Assembly (NCBI RefSeq): GCF_006345805.1
Contig: NC_043022.1
Location: forward strand, 18,910,001 to 18,974,000
DNA: 64,000 bases
Reading direction: 5' to 3'
Source of the DNA: Octopus sinensis
Taxonomy: Eukaryota
Below the pieces are notes generated by a model. That model worked only from the letters and a program-made list of their open reading frames with translations, was not told the DNA's origin and made no database searches. The first letter of the stretch is position 1; each line of letters starts with the position of its first letter. The position numbers were made by a program, and so were the translations under genes. Positions 1 to 62,643 of this stretch are shown here, one piece after another.

Positions 1-104
1 ATTATAATACACTTCCGCCTTCACACACACATACTAAGCTCATGTAACGAAAGCAGAAGTACTTAAATGTGTTTATGAGTGTGTGTGTGTGCGTGTGCGC
101 ATGT

Positions 105-150
<46 letters not shown>

Positions 151-376
151 GTGTGTGTGTGCGTGTGCGAATGGAAACAGAAGTGGATGGATATGTTCAT
201 CTACGTGTGTGTGTGTGTGTGTGTGTGTGCGTATATACGTGTGTTTGTGTCTCTGTGTGTGCGTGTGCATGTGTGTGTGTGTGCGTGTGTGTGAATGGAA
301 ACAGAAGTGGAATTATATGTTCATCTACGTATGTGTGTGTGTATATGTGTATGTTTGTGTGTGTGTGTGTGTTTGT

Positions 377-432
<56 letters not shown>

Positions 433-483
433 GCTGTACACATTCATAGATGTTACACTATAGCTTTCGAGGTAGATAAATGA

Positions 484-567
484 GAGACCCACATAAATAT
501 GAGACCCACATAAATATGAGACCCACATAAATATGAGACCCATATAAATATGAGACCCACATAAATA
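484..567. repeat. 17-bp tandem repeat (atgagacccacataaat) x~5
   Basis: Direct inspection. Confidence 0.9.
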
Positions 568-779
568 CGTGCCTAGCAAGATATCACATGGTGGAGTAGT
601 GTTTCTAACAACAAGGCTTGTATGTATGTTTATAGGTTATTTCCAGTTGTTGTGCCCTTCACACTGTTTCATGTCACATCTCATTTCCTGTTTAGTTCCC
701 CTTTTAGTTCTGCCCCAGTTTCTATCCCAAATCCTATTATTTTTTTTTTTTTTACTTTTATTTATCTCCGTCATTTATA

Positions 780-880
780 TATAATGAAATTATTGTATAC
801 GATGCTCAGGTGCACTACATCTTTCCTAAAGTCATGGGAGCTGTGCTGTTTTCTGACTTATAGCATACATTTGGAATATT

Positions 881-914
<34 letters not shown>

Positions 915-1580
915 AACTATTGTATACAGTGCTCAGATGCACCACAACTTGTCAAAAAGTGCATATAAAGCATAAGCAGTAATGTGCAAATGTCTGGAGA
1001 GCGAACAGTGTATGAGTCAGATAGATGCTTGCGTGTGTATGGAAGGGGGAAAAGATCAGGTGTAGTGTTGGCGAATCTCAGGAAGCATGGAAGTTTTGAA
1101 GGATGCAGTGCTCCGACAACTAACAACTGATGCCGGCAGTTTTTTCCATGCTTTGGCAACTCTCAGCGTGAAAAAATGTTTCCTAAAGTCATGGGAGCTG
1201 TGCTGTTTTCTGACTTATAGCATACATTTGGAATATTTATATAATAATGATAATAATAATAATAATAATAATAATGAAATTATTGTATACAGTGCTCAGG
1301 TGCACCACAACTTGTCAAAAGTGCATATAAAGCATATGCAGTAATGTGCAAATGTCTGGAGAGCGAACAGTGTATGAGTCAGATAGATGCTTGCGTGTGT
1401 ATGGAGGGGAGAAAATCAGGTGTAGTGTTGGCGAATCTCAGGAAGCATGGAAGTTTTGAAGGATGCAGTGCTCCGACAACTAACAACTGATGCCGGCAGT
1501 TTTTTCCATGCTTTGGCAACTCTCAGCGTGAAAAAATGTTATCTAAAGTCATGGGAGCTGTGCTGTTTGCTGATTTTGTA
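780..1580 (-). mobile_element. Tandem duplicated CR1-type LINE 3' ends (~357-360 bp period, two full units plus partials)
   Basis: Minus strand reads QHSSHDFRKHFFTLRVAKAWKKLPASVVSCRSTASFKTSMLPEIRQHYT*, then UTR and an (ATT)n tail. Confidence 0.8.
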
Positions 1581-1826
1581 AATATGTCCACGGGTGTTTG
1601 ACTGCGGCCATGCTGGAGCACTGCATTTAGTCGAGCAAATCAAACCCCAAGACTTATTCTTTGTAAGTCTAGTACTTATTCTATCGGTATCTTTCGCCGG
1701 ATTGCTAAGTTACAGGGATGTAAACACACCAACATCGGTTGTCAAATGATGTTGGGGGAGGGGACAAACACAGACACATAAACACAAACACACACACACA
1801 CACACATATATAGGTGCAGGAGTGGC

Positions 1827-1857
<31 letters not shown>

Positions 1858-1859
<2 letters not shown>

Positions 1860-2068
1860 GGAGGCACATGGCCTAGTGGTTAGAGCAGCAGACTCGTGGT
1901 CGAGGGGTCGCGGGTTCAAATCTCAGACCGGGTGATGTGTGTGCTTATGAACGAAACACCTAAGCTCCACGCAGCTCCGGCAGAAGGTAATGGCGAACTT
2001 CTGCTGACTCTTTCGCCACAACTTCCTCTCACTCTTTCCTCCTGCATCTTGCAGCTCACCTGCGACGA
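1858..2068 (+). mobile_element. tRNA-derived SINE, family A (also 57672-57970 +, 61783-62090 +; related head at 30608-30930 +)
   Basis: A-box TGGCCTAGTGG and B-box GGTTCAAATC in a tRNA-like head, followed by a shared body (..aaacacctaa(a)agctcca..). Confidence 0.8.
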
Positions 2069-2152
2069 TGGTGATGATGGTGGTGGTGGTGGTAGCTGAA
2101 GTAGTCAGGGACAACGGTGATAGTAGAAGATGCGTAAGACAGGGGTGATAAT

Positions 2153-2381
2153 GATGGAGGGTAAGGTGATGGAGGGTAAGGTGATGGAGGGTAAGGTGAT
2201 GGAGGGTAAGGTGATGGAGGGTAAGGTGATGGAGGGTAAGGTGATGGAGGGTAAGGTGATGGAGGGTAAGGTGATGGAGGGTAAGGTGATGGAGGGTAAG
2301 GTGATGGAGGGTAAGGTGATGGAGGGTAAGGTGATAGAGGGTAAGGTGATGGAGGGTAAGGTGATGGAGGGTAAGGTGATG
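2153..2381. repeat. 15-bp tandem repeat (gatggagggtaaggt) x~15
   Basis: Direct inspection; source of the KVMEG/PPSPY/ITLPS ORFs. Confidence 0.95.
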
Positions 2382-2847
2382 AAGTCAAAGGTATTGATAT
2401 CTCTCTCTTTTACTCTTTTACTTGTTTCAGTCATTTGACTGCGGTCATGCTGGAGCACCGCCTTTAGTCGAGCAAATCGACCCCGGGACTTATTCTTTTG
2501 TAAGCCAGTACTTATTCTATCGGTCTCTTTTGCCAACCGCTAAGTGACGGGGACGTAAACACACCAGCATCGGTTGTCAAGCAATGCTAGGGGGACAAAA
2601 CAGACACAACAAACATATACACACACACTCATATATATACACATATATACGACAGGCTTCTTTCAGTTTCCGTCTACCAAATCCACTCACAAGGCATTGG
2701 TCGGCCCGAGGCTATAGCAGAAGACACTTGCCCAAGATGCCAAGCAGTGGGACTGAACCCGGAACCATGTGGTTGGTAGCAAGCTACTTACCACACAGCC
2801 ACTCCTATATATATATATATATATTATATTATATATTATATATATCT

Positions 2848-2878
<31 letters not shown>

Positions 2879-2881
2879 ATG

Positions 2882-2913
<32 letters not shown>

Positions 2914-3051
2914 AGTATGGGCTGTGACTGCTGAGGACATGCATAATCTCACAAGGAATGAAGCCAGTATGCTCTGCTGGATGTGTAATGTCAGTGTTTT
3001 TGAAATGGGGGCATATGTACATATGTATATGGATGTATGTGTGTATGTGTA

Positions 3052-3102
<51 letters not shown>

Positions 3103-3352
3103 ATATGTGTATGTATATATATATATGTGTGTGTGTATATGTATGTGTGGGTATAGATATATATGTATAAGTGAGAGTCTCCTTATTTACCTAAACTCTA
3201 TTATTCTATTTTTCTTTTATCTACTTTATCACTGATTCCTTTGACCACTCCCCTAAGAATGATAGTTTGCGCCATGCCTACCCCAAAAAGTCCCCAACCA
3301 CCACCCCTTTAACCTGCCTAAATGTATAAATGAAAAACTATTCTTGTCACCT

Positions 3353-3404
3353 AGCTCCTGATGATTTCTTTTTTGAATGAAACAGTTCTAGTCCTGTAGA
3401 AGCT
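3353..3404 (+). ncRNA. Type-I hammerhead-ribozyme-like motif, canonical core
   Basis: AGCTC-CTGATGA-TTTC..GAAT-GAAA-CAG(TTCTAGTC)CTG-TA-GAAGCT. Stem I AGCTC/GA(A)GCT, stem III ACAG/CTGT, GUA cleavage triplet; stem II weak. Confidence 0.6.
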
Positions 3405-3536
3405 CCTTCTATAAAATAAATTAATTTACTCTGCTATGTATTGAGTACATTTTTTACTGTGGTTAACCCCGACTCAACCCGGGACCTACATATATATATA
3501 TATTGAATATATATATATATTGGGGTGTATTATAGA

Positions 3537-3571
<35 letters not shown>

Positions 3572-4344
3572 GATATATATATATGATATATATATATATA
3601 ATATATTGAATATATTATATATATATATATTATATATATATATATTATGTATGTATATCCAACAACACACACAACACAATAGAATATATATATAGTATAT
3701 ATATATATATTAGATAATATATGTATATATATATATATATTATATATTGAATATATATATATATATATATATTGAATATATATATATATATATAATATAT
3801 ATATATATATAATATATATAATATATATGTATGTATACCACACACACACACCACACACATGCACATCAAAAGATAGATTGATGGATAACTAGAACGGAAG
3901 TGTATATCAGACATAATTCTTTCCAAGCTTTCCCAGTATGGGTACTGGGATAGGTTAACTTCCTCTTTCTAAGAATCACTTCAGCTATTATTTGAAAATA
4001 ATGCATAACACTTGAGTTATTCAATAACGACCCAATATCGGCAGCTTCTAACTCTTGATGAGTTGAGTCTTTGACTGACTTACAGCTTCGACCAAACAAA
4101 TATACTAATGAATATTGTCATCATTGTTTTCCACTGTCGTCATAAAATATCTGTCTTCCGTTAGTGGCATGCGTTGAACTAAACATATATTAATATATAC
4201 AGACACACACACAATCATTTATATATCTACATGTATATAAATATGTAAATGTGTAGAGAAATGAATAAATAAATGAGACTATTCAAAATTACCCTTAACT
4301 GTCCTTAACTGCAATTCAAACAAGTGTGAACAATAAGAATTTGT

Positions 4345-4384
<40 letters not shown>

Positions 4385-4400
4385 TTATCTATCTATCTAA

Positions 4401-4451
<51 letters not shown>

Positions 4452-4452
4452 A

Positions 4453-4491
<39 letters not shown>

Positions 4492-4507
4492 ACTATCTAT
4501 CTGTCTG

Positions 4508-4587
<80 letters not shown>

Positions 4588-4588
4588 A

Positions 4589-4646
<58 letters not shown>

Positions 4647-4778
4647 GTCTGTCTGTCTATATATATATATATATATATATAAAGGGTAAGTTTACGAAAA
4701 TAAACAAAAGACAAAGGCAGGTGGAGTACAAACAAACAAATGTATTAGTATAGCGCTCAGGAATAGAAACAGAAAAAG

Positions 4779-4816
4779 CCTTTTACGTTTCGAGCTTACG
4801 CTCTTCGACAGAAAGA
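4779..4816 (-). ncRNA. Minimal hammerhead-like motif, A6U core, within repeat ~4685-4870
   Basis: TCTTT-CTGTCGA-A-GAGC(GTAA)GCTC-GAAA-CG-TA-AAAGG. Confidence 0.5.
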
Positions 4817-5082
4817 TACACAGAAAAAAACAAGGAGAGAAAAAAATGCGTGTAGGAGCTAACAGTCTATCATGGCATCCTGACTTCCATATATATATAA
4901 ATATATATATCTGTCTATCTGTCTGTATGTTTGTCTGTCTGTCTCTCTGTTCATCCGTCCATCCATCAATCCATCCAGCCAGCCATCCAACCATCCATCT
5001 AACAAACCTGTACTCCTCTCAAACTCTGTTGCTTACCTTTTTAGTGAAACTTTGCAAATTGCTGCTTATATTAACTTTATTG

Positions 5083-5117
<35 letters not shown>

Positions 5118-5750
5118 CATATGGCAAGAAGAACATGGAGGGGATCCAGAAATAGTATGCATTATGTTATGTCTATCTATTTATTTTAAACAATTCTGAG
5201 AATACATATACATGTGTAAAGATAGTGTTTTACATACATAAGTACCAGTAATTTCTAGAATTGTCTTACACTTATTATTTTTCTTCTTATGCACTCTTTA
5301 ATAGGAATATTGTACCATACCTACTAATAACTGATTCTTTTGTATGTGTGTACATGCTTATATGTATGTGTGTGTGTATGTGTGTGTGCGCGTGGGTGTG
5401 TATATTTATATTACTATATACATAATTTAGCCCTCTGAACTTCTTAGACCCTCTTCTAAACTCTCTGACGAAGCCTAGAGGCACATCCAAGTACCCTAAT
5501 TTTATTTACCAATCACTACAGTACACTGAAAAGATGGAAATAACATGTGGGGTACCATGACCTCCTGGCAGAAATAATTGTATGAAACTGTTTTTCTTTT
5601 TCTATTCTAGAAATTACTGGTACTTATGTATATACATCTATATGTATTCTCAGAATTGTTTAAAATAAATAGATAGACATAACATAATGCATACTATCTC
5701 TGGATCCCCTCCATGTTCTTCTTGCCATATGTATATATATATATATATAC

Positions 5751-5910
5751 TTTATTCAAAGCAGCAGAAAATTCAACAAAACCTGTTACTCTGAGTTTCC
5801 CGTTGCCGTTCATCGGACAGTTTTTCAGTTTTTGCAAAAACTGTCCGATGAACGGCAACGGGAAACTCAGAGTAACAGGTTTTGTTGAATTTTCTGCTGC
5901 TTTAAATAAA
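5751..5910. repeat. Near-perfect ~75-bp-arm hairpin with a U4C hammerhead-like motif in each arm (5783-5820 -, 5841-5878 +)
   Basis: Arms are reverse complements. Motif CTGT-CCGATGA-ACG(GCAA)CGG-GAAA-CTCAGAG-TA-ACAG. Confidence 0.75.
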
Positions 5911-5980
5911 GCATATTACTCTACCACAGGTATTTGAGTAGTCTTTTTTCCACCTTGTTTCACATTTATGTGTTTACTCC

Positions 5981-6019
<39 letters not shown>

Positions 6020-6191
6020 ATAAAGTTAATATAAGCAGCAATTTGCAAAGTTTCACTAAAAAGGTGGATTACAAATGTCACTAAATGTGACTAGGATGTT
6101 AGGAAACACCTACATTGCTAGAAAGTGCAGTTGAGCTCTTATTTCTAGAAATGTTGGTGTTTCCTAACACCCTAGTCACATTTAGTAACAT

Positions 6192-6233
<42 letters not shown>

Positions 6234-6345
6234 TATACATACATATATACATACATACATACTTAATACATATATATATATATATTATATATATAATATA
6301 TATATAGATATAGATATATACATACATACATACATACATACATAC

Positions 6346-6377
<32 letters not shown>

Positions 6378-6621
6378 CATATATATATATATATATAATA
6401 TTATATATATATATATATATATATAAGGATTTTTTGCGTAATAAGATAAAAAACCAAGGCTGTTTTACGCAAAAAGTTCTTATACACACACACTGACATA
6501 GAACCAATGTTGAACCCTTTATTCGCAATATTACTGAATCTGGAACTTAACTATGGTCTGTCTATAGCACTTATTCAGCATTACCTGACACCTTTGGGTT
6601 TCAATGACACCATTATATACT

Positions 6622-6653
<32 letters not shown>

Positions 6654-6789
6654 ATAGCTAGCTAGCTATCTGTCTGTCTGTCTATATATATATATATAAC
6701 AGGAAAGTTTACGAAAATAAACAAAAGACGAAGGCGGGTGGAGTACAAACAAACAAATGTATTAGTATAGCGCTCAGGAATAGAAAAAG

Positions 6790-6827
6790 TCTTTTACATT
6801 TCGAGCCTACGCTCTTCGACAGAAAGA
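6790..6827 (-). ncRNA. Second copy of the A6U minimal hammerhead-like motif, within repeat ~6700-6868
   Basis: TCTTT-CTGTCGA-A-GAGC(GTAG)GCTC-GAAA-TG-TA-AAAGA. Confidence 0.5.
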
Positions 6828-6889
6828 TACACAGAAAAAAACAAGGAGAGAAAAAAATGCGTGTAGGTATATATATATATATATACATA

Positions 6890-7430
6890 CAGGGTATGGT
6901 GAATAAACTGTCGTGTAAATTATACAGAAAAGTAAATACCACTGACATCTCATTTTAACAGATATATTTACCAAAATGACAGAAATATCTTGAAATACAA
7001 AAGAGTAGATTTATTCGCTGAAATCACCATTCGCTTCAATCACAGCCTCCACACGATTTGGGAATTTCCTGCAATTCTTCTAGACGGTCTCCTTGTTTAA
7101 GTTGGTGAATGCTGCCATAATCCTTGTCTTCAGTTCATCTTTGGTGTCACAAGGAATTTTGTTGGTCTCTCGCTCAACTGCACCCCACACATAATAATCA
7201 AGGGGGTTGCAGTCTGGGGAATTAGATTGCCAGATGTTAGGTGTGATGTGGTCGTAGAAATTGTGTGACAGCCATGACTGGGTCCTCCTACTTGTGTGGA
7301 AAGGTGCAGAGTCCTGCTGCCAGACACAGGGTCTTCCAGCAGCCACCCTCTTGACCCAGGGTAGCACTACCTCCTCCAGGAACTTGATGTAGGCCTTTGT
7401 GTTGAGTCTGAGGCCGTGGGGGAAGACGAA
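6890..7430 (-). mobile_element. Tc1/mariner DD37D (maT-type) 3' fragment
   Basis: WQQDSAPFH..SPDCNPLDYYVWG with 37 residues between the two Asp; TA-CAGGG terminus at 6888-6894. Confidence 0.85.
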
Positions 7431-7515
7431 TTATTATATTTTTAAAGTTAATTATAACCTCTGATAAAGCCTATGGTTCTTTTAACATATAAGTATTATA
7501 TTTTTTTTAATGCCT

Positions 7516-7915
7516 ACAGGAGTGGCTGTGTGGTAAGTAGCTTGCTAACCAACCACATGGTTCCGGGTTCAGTCCCACTGCGTGGCATCTTGGGCAAGTG
7601 TCTTCTACTATAGCCTCGGGCCGACCAATGCCTTGTGAGTGGATTTGGTAGACGGAAACTGAAAGAAGCCTGTCGTATATATGTATATAATATAATGTAT
7701 GTTGTGTATGTTTGGGTGTGCTGTGTTTGTCCCCCTAGCATTGCTTGAACAACCGATGCTGGTGTGTTTACGTCCCCGTCACTTAGCGGTTCGGCAAAAA
7801 GAGACCGATAAAATAAGTACTGGGCTTACAAAGAATAAGTCCCGGGGTCGATTTGCTCGACTAAAGGCGGTGCTCCAGCATGGCCGCAGTCAAATGACTG
7901 AAACAAGTAAAAGAA
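7516..7915 (+). mobile_element. ~400-bp SINE, family B. Other copies: 2408-2806 -, 9618-9965 -, 19440-19870 -, 33978-34364 -, 57003-57423 -; partials 1600-1820, 18478-18650, 27578-27745, 28445-28635, 62775-63150
   Basis: Head ggagtggctgtgtggtaag..ggttcagtcccac, internal (TA)/(TG) tract, tail ..gactgaaacaagtaaaag; many near-identical copies. Confidence 0.88.
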
Positions 7916-8190
7916 AAAGAAAGAAAGAAACCCTAAAATGTTGACATCTATAGGCAACGAAAATTAGATTCACTTTTGACCATAGGCTGAAACAGCTGTG
8001 AGAAGTAGTTTATGGATTTCAATAATTTATAACATGACTTTTAAAATCTGTATTTGTATTATTATATTATCTATTGATTTATATAATATTTTGTATGCTT
8101 TTCATGTTCTCATTTGTAAAATGAATAAATAATCTAACATTATAATATCTGTAAGTTGATGAACAAACTAAATTTGTTTCGCAGTTTTCT

Positions 8191-8224
<34 letters not shown>

Positions 8225-9172
8225 ATAAAATATTAGGGAATAAATCCAAATTTACAGGGAAAAATCAGATTTAGATTGAATCCAATTTTATAGTAAAATA
8301 TTATATTATTTATATTAGTGATAAAACCACTATTAGCAAATCAAACAATGAAAAAAATTAAGCCAATACATAAAATTAATTAATTTATATTATTTAAATA
8401 TATATCAAAATTATTAAAAGTTTAATAAAAGATAATGAGTAAAACACTTTTGATATATATTTAAAATAATATAAATTAATTAATTTTATGTATTGGCTTA
8501 AGTTTTTCATTGTTTGATTTGCCTAATAGCGGTTTTATCTCTAATTTAATATAATATATATATATATAAACAAAGCAGGAAATTGGAGAATTGTTTGGTA
8601 TTATTTATTCACTGTTAGACATATTTCATTTGCTAATAGAATTATTAGCTGAAAGGACCGCTTGGGTTTTTATCCTACCAACATAATTATATATAATACA
8701 CTCACACGCAAACACAGCCAGCTTCTTTCAGTTTCTGTCTGTCAAATTCACTCTCAAGGCTTTGGTCAACACAGGGCTGTGCTAGAAGACATTTGTCCAA
8801 ATGGCTCTGCTATGGGATTGAACCAAAAGCCATATGGTTGGGAAACAGACACCTTATGCACACCGTTTTGCTTGTACTTTATGTTAGAAAGAATTATCAT
8901 CTTTTGTAAGCAGCTGGTATTTTCCATCTTCTTTTTCTTTATGCATATATTCTAGCTGGGATTGAACTGACAAACTTATACTTCAGATTAAGAGGTCAAA
9001 AAAGAAAATAAAAAGAAAGAAAGAAGACACTTGTAATTCACAAAGAAGTCAGTTTGATATTTGATTTTTAGTCAAAAACTTTTATTTTTAAAATCATCGT
9101 TAATTTAATTGTTAATTACCGGTTTTAATTATATGCATATTATTATTATATAATATACTATATAATATATAT

Positions 9173-9216
<44 letters not shown>

Positions 9217-9303
9217 GAGTGTCTGCATATGTGTGTGTGTGTATGTGTGTTTACAAAAATAGGTAAAAAAGCATAAGTTTCCAAATAGATCACAATTTAA
9301 TTA

Positions 9304-9400
9304 CATTCAACAGCTGTTTCAATAGGAATAAACATCATTATTTCCATAATTACATAATCAATATAAATCAAGTAATGTTTATCGCAAATCATCAGGAATA
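9304..9400 (-). ncRNA. Hammerhead-like motif with canonical core and a long stem II insert
   Basis: TATTC-CTGATGA-(~70 nt including ATAAACAT/ATGTTTAT)-GAAA-CAGCTG-TT-GAATG; palindromic stem III. Confidence 0.45.
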
Positions 9401-9431
9401 TTTGAGACTATGCTATCCATTGACCATTTAC

Positions 9432-9466
<35 letters not shown>

Positions 9467-9488
9467 TGTATGTATGCATGCATGCATG

Positions 9489-9520
<32 letters not shown>

Positions 9521-10206
9521 TGTATGTATGTATGTATGTATGTATAGTTAAAAAAAGATAAAACAAAATACAGATTTGTCTTGCAGCAGGACAAAGCTCC
9601 ACATACCTTGGAATCTTTACTCTTTTACTCTTTTATTTGTTTCAGTCATTTAACTGCGGCCATGCTGGAGCACAGCCTTTAGTCGAGCAAATCGACCCCA
9701 GGACTTATTCTTTGTAAGCCTAGTACTTACTCTATCGGGGACATAACACACCAGCATTGGTTGTCAAGCGATGTTGGGGGGACAAACAGACACACACACA
9801 CACACATATATATATATATGTGTATATACATATACACGACTGGCTTCTTTCAGTTTCCGTCTACCAAATCTACTCACAAGGCTTTGGTTGGTCTGAGGCT
9901 ATAGTAGAAGACACTTGCGCAAGATGCCATGCAGTGGGACTGAACCCGGAACCATGTGGTTGGACTGAATTCATAACCGTATAGAATAAGAACAGTCGCA
10001 GATGGTCGAATGCATTTGTGTTTTTTTCTTTTTCTTGAATCAGTTTTCCTTAACTGTGCAAACGTGACCATGGGATTACGAGGTTTGCTTTCCAACCACA
10101 GGGTTTTGGGTTCAGTTCTCTGAAGTGGCACCTTGGGTAAGTGTTTTTGTTTTTTGTAGCTCCAGATTGACCAAAGTCTTGTGAATGGATTTTGTAGATA
10201 TGTGTA

Positions 10207-10260
<54 letters not shown>

Positions 10261-10456
10261 GATATATTTGTATATATGTGTATGTGTGTATGTGTGTATG
10301 TGCATATGTGTGTATATGTATATGTGTGTATATATGTGTGTGCATGCATGTGTATACATGTATGTGTATGCATGCATGTGTATACATCTGTGTGTGTGCA
10401 TGTGTATGAGTGCATGTATGTATATGTATGTGTGCATGTCTGTATACGTATGCGCA

Positions 10457-10489
<33 letters not shown>

Positions 10490-10642
10490 ATCTTTGTGTT
10501 CGTGTTTGTCCCCTACCACATGACAACTGGTGTTGGTTAATTTTTCATAACTTTGTGGTTCACCAAACAACAACAACAATAGGATATGAAGTAGATTTAT
10601 AAAAAAAAAGTCCTGGAGTCAATTTGTTTGCCTAAATCCTAT

Positions 10643-11845
10643 TTAGCCCTTTCGTTACCATATTTATTTTGAGATGCTCTATGTTTCTTTCAATTAATTT
10701 TAAATATAACAAAGAATTTAGTAAAGTAACTTAGTTATCATTAAGCTAGTGTTAGGAACATAAGTTGTGACTAAAGTTTGGTGGAAGATTTTCATTCAAA
10801 ACTTATGAAAACAAGACATTTGTACTACAGAGTCAGAGCAGGTTTCAGCTGGGTTGGTAACAAAAGGGTTAAGAACTGTTTTTCTATTATATATCTTAAC
10901 CCTTTTGTTACCATATTGCTGTTGAGATGCTCTGTGTTTCTTTCAATCAATTTTAAATATAACAAAGAATTTAGTAAAGTAACTTAGTTATCATTAAGCT
11001 AGTGTTAGGAACATAAGTTGTGACTAAAGTTTGGTGGAAGATTTTCATTCAAAACTTATGAAAACAAGACATTTGTACTACAGAGTCAGAGCAGGTTTCA
11101 GCTGGGTTGGTAACAAAAGGGTTAAGAACCGTTTTTCTATTATATATCTTAACCCTTTTGTTACCATATTGCTGTTGAGATGCTCTGTGTTTCTTTCAAT
11201 CAATTTTAAATATAACAAAGAATTTAGTAAAGTAACTTAGTTATCATTAAGCTAGTGTTAGGAACATAAATTGTGACTAAAGTTTGGTGGAAGATTTTCA
11301 TTCAAAACTTATGAAAACAAGACATTTGTACTACAGAGTCAGAGCAGGTTTCAGCTGGGTTGGTAACAAAAGGGTTAAGAACTGTTTTTCTATTATATAT
11401 CTTAACCCTTTTGTTACCATATTGCTGTTGAGATGCTCTGTGTTTCTTTCAATTAATTTTAAATATAACAAAGAATTTAGTAAAGTAACTTAGTTATCAT
11501 TAAGCTAGTGTTAGGAACATAAATTGTGACTAAAGTTTGGTGGAAGATTTTAATTCAAAACTTATGAAAACAAGACATTTGTACTACAGAGTCAGAGCAG
11601 GTTTCAGCTGGGTGGTAACAAAAGGGTTAAGAACTGTTTTTCTATTATATATCTTAACCCTTTTGTTACCATATTGCTGTTGAGATGCTCTGTGTTTCTT
11701 TCAATTAATTTTAAATATAACAAAGAATTTAGTAAAGTAACTTAGTTATCATTAAGCTAGTGTTAGGAACATAAATTGTGACTAAAGTTTGGTGGAAGAT
11801 TTTCATTCAAAACTTATAAAAACAAGACATTTGTACTACAGAGTC
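10643..11845. mobile_element. Tandem array (253-bp period, ~4.75 units) of a piggyBac-like MITE
   Basis: Units read TTAA-CCCTTTTGTTACCA...TGGTAACAAAAGGG-TTAA plus a 23-bp spacer. TTAA target and CCC ends are piggyBac hallmarks. Confidence 0.8.
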
Positions 11846-12901
11846 TGTGGGAACCAAAGCTGTAGCCTCCATGTACGCCATGAAAGTCTCCTGTATGTTA
11901 TCCAACATGTCCATTGAAGTCACCATATATTCCAGTGGTTTCAACCAGGTTGGTATCAAACAGGTTACGCAATATTTTTGAGGATAATTAACAGGTTATA
12001 TGGGTGCTGATGAAGGGGCAAAAAAACCCCAAAACATGGCATATGTACCCATTACCCTTTTTTGATCTTCGATCTCAGATACGAACAGTCAAAACAAAAT
12101 TCAGTGCTGACTATAATTTCTGTAGAGATAACCTTAACAACCTCCAAATGGCCACCCCTTCTGTTGGGTATCCCCCACTCTCTATATCTCTCAAACAAAC
12201 TTTCCTTTATAAAGGGGGATGATACATTCATGATTGCATACTCCTAGATAGGTATAGGCATGGTTGTGTGGTTTTGAGGCTTGCTTTGTGGTCACATGGT
12301 TTCGGGTCCAGTTCCACCATGTGGCATGTTGGCCAATTGTCTTTTACTGTAGTATTGGCGATGGTGGTGGTGGTGGTAGTGTTGATATGTGAAATGTTTA
12401 TGCAGCTAGACAATGTGACTTTTAAGTGAAGCTCTGGTATATGAGATCATATCCTGCTGAAAACTGTGTTGAGTGCGTTGAGGGTCAGTGACATAAAAAC
12501 ACTTAGATATATTTTGGTTTTTTTTTAAAATCGATTTTAGGCTTCATGTCAAATCAATTGATTAATTAATTAATCACTAATTAAACAATCTAAGAAAAGA
12601 AAGTGATAGAAGGGAGGGCGGAAGGGAGGAAGGAAAGAAAGAAAGAAGGAAGGAAGGAAGGAGAGATGGGAAGAAGGAAAGAAAGAAAGAAAGAAGGAAG
12701 GAAGGAGAGATGGAAAGAAAGAAAGAAAGAAAGAAAGAAGGAAGGAAGGAGAGATTCGAAAAAGGAAAGAAAGAGAGAAGGAAGGAATGAAAGGAGGCAG
12801 AAAAGAAGAAAAGAAACAGAAACAAAAGAAGAAAAAAGGAAAAAAAGAAAGATTGAAAGAAAGAAAGAAAGAGAGAAGGAAAAATAATGGCGGAAGAACG
12901 T

Positions 12902-12918
12902 TTTATTTTTGTTTTATT
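12902..12918 (-). promoter_or_regulatory. Two candidate AATAAA polyadenylation signals
   Basis: tttatt at 12902-12907 and 12913-12918 on +, 27-43 nt downstream of the TAG. The motif is common in AT-rich DNA. Confidence 0.4.
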
Positions 12919-12944
12919 TTAGGTGGGTGTGTGGTCGGGGTGTT

Positions 12945-62643
<49,699 letters not shown>

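Noticed and set aside
3866-4099. Complex minus-strand ORF as a neighbouring gene's exon
   Set aside because: No recognisable domain, weak acceptor, and no partner exons found. Cannot be excluded without RNA data.
5468-5490. CTGACGA-AGCC(TAGA)GGC as another hammerhead; likewise CTGATGA-AGCC at ~33412 and ~43581, and CTGTTGA at ~18780 (-)
   Set aside because: No GAAA/stem III/stem I completion could be found.
10778-11493. Three 69-aa ORFs as a tandem gene cluster
   Set aside because: By-product of the 253-bp MITE array.
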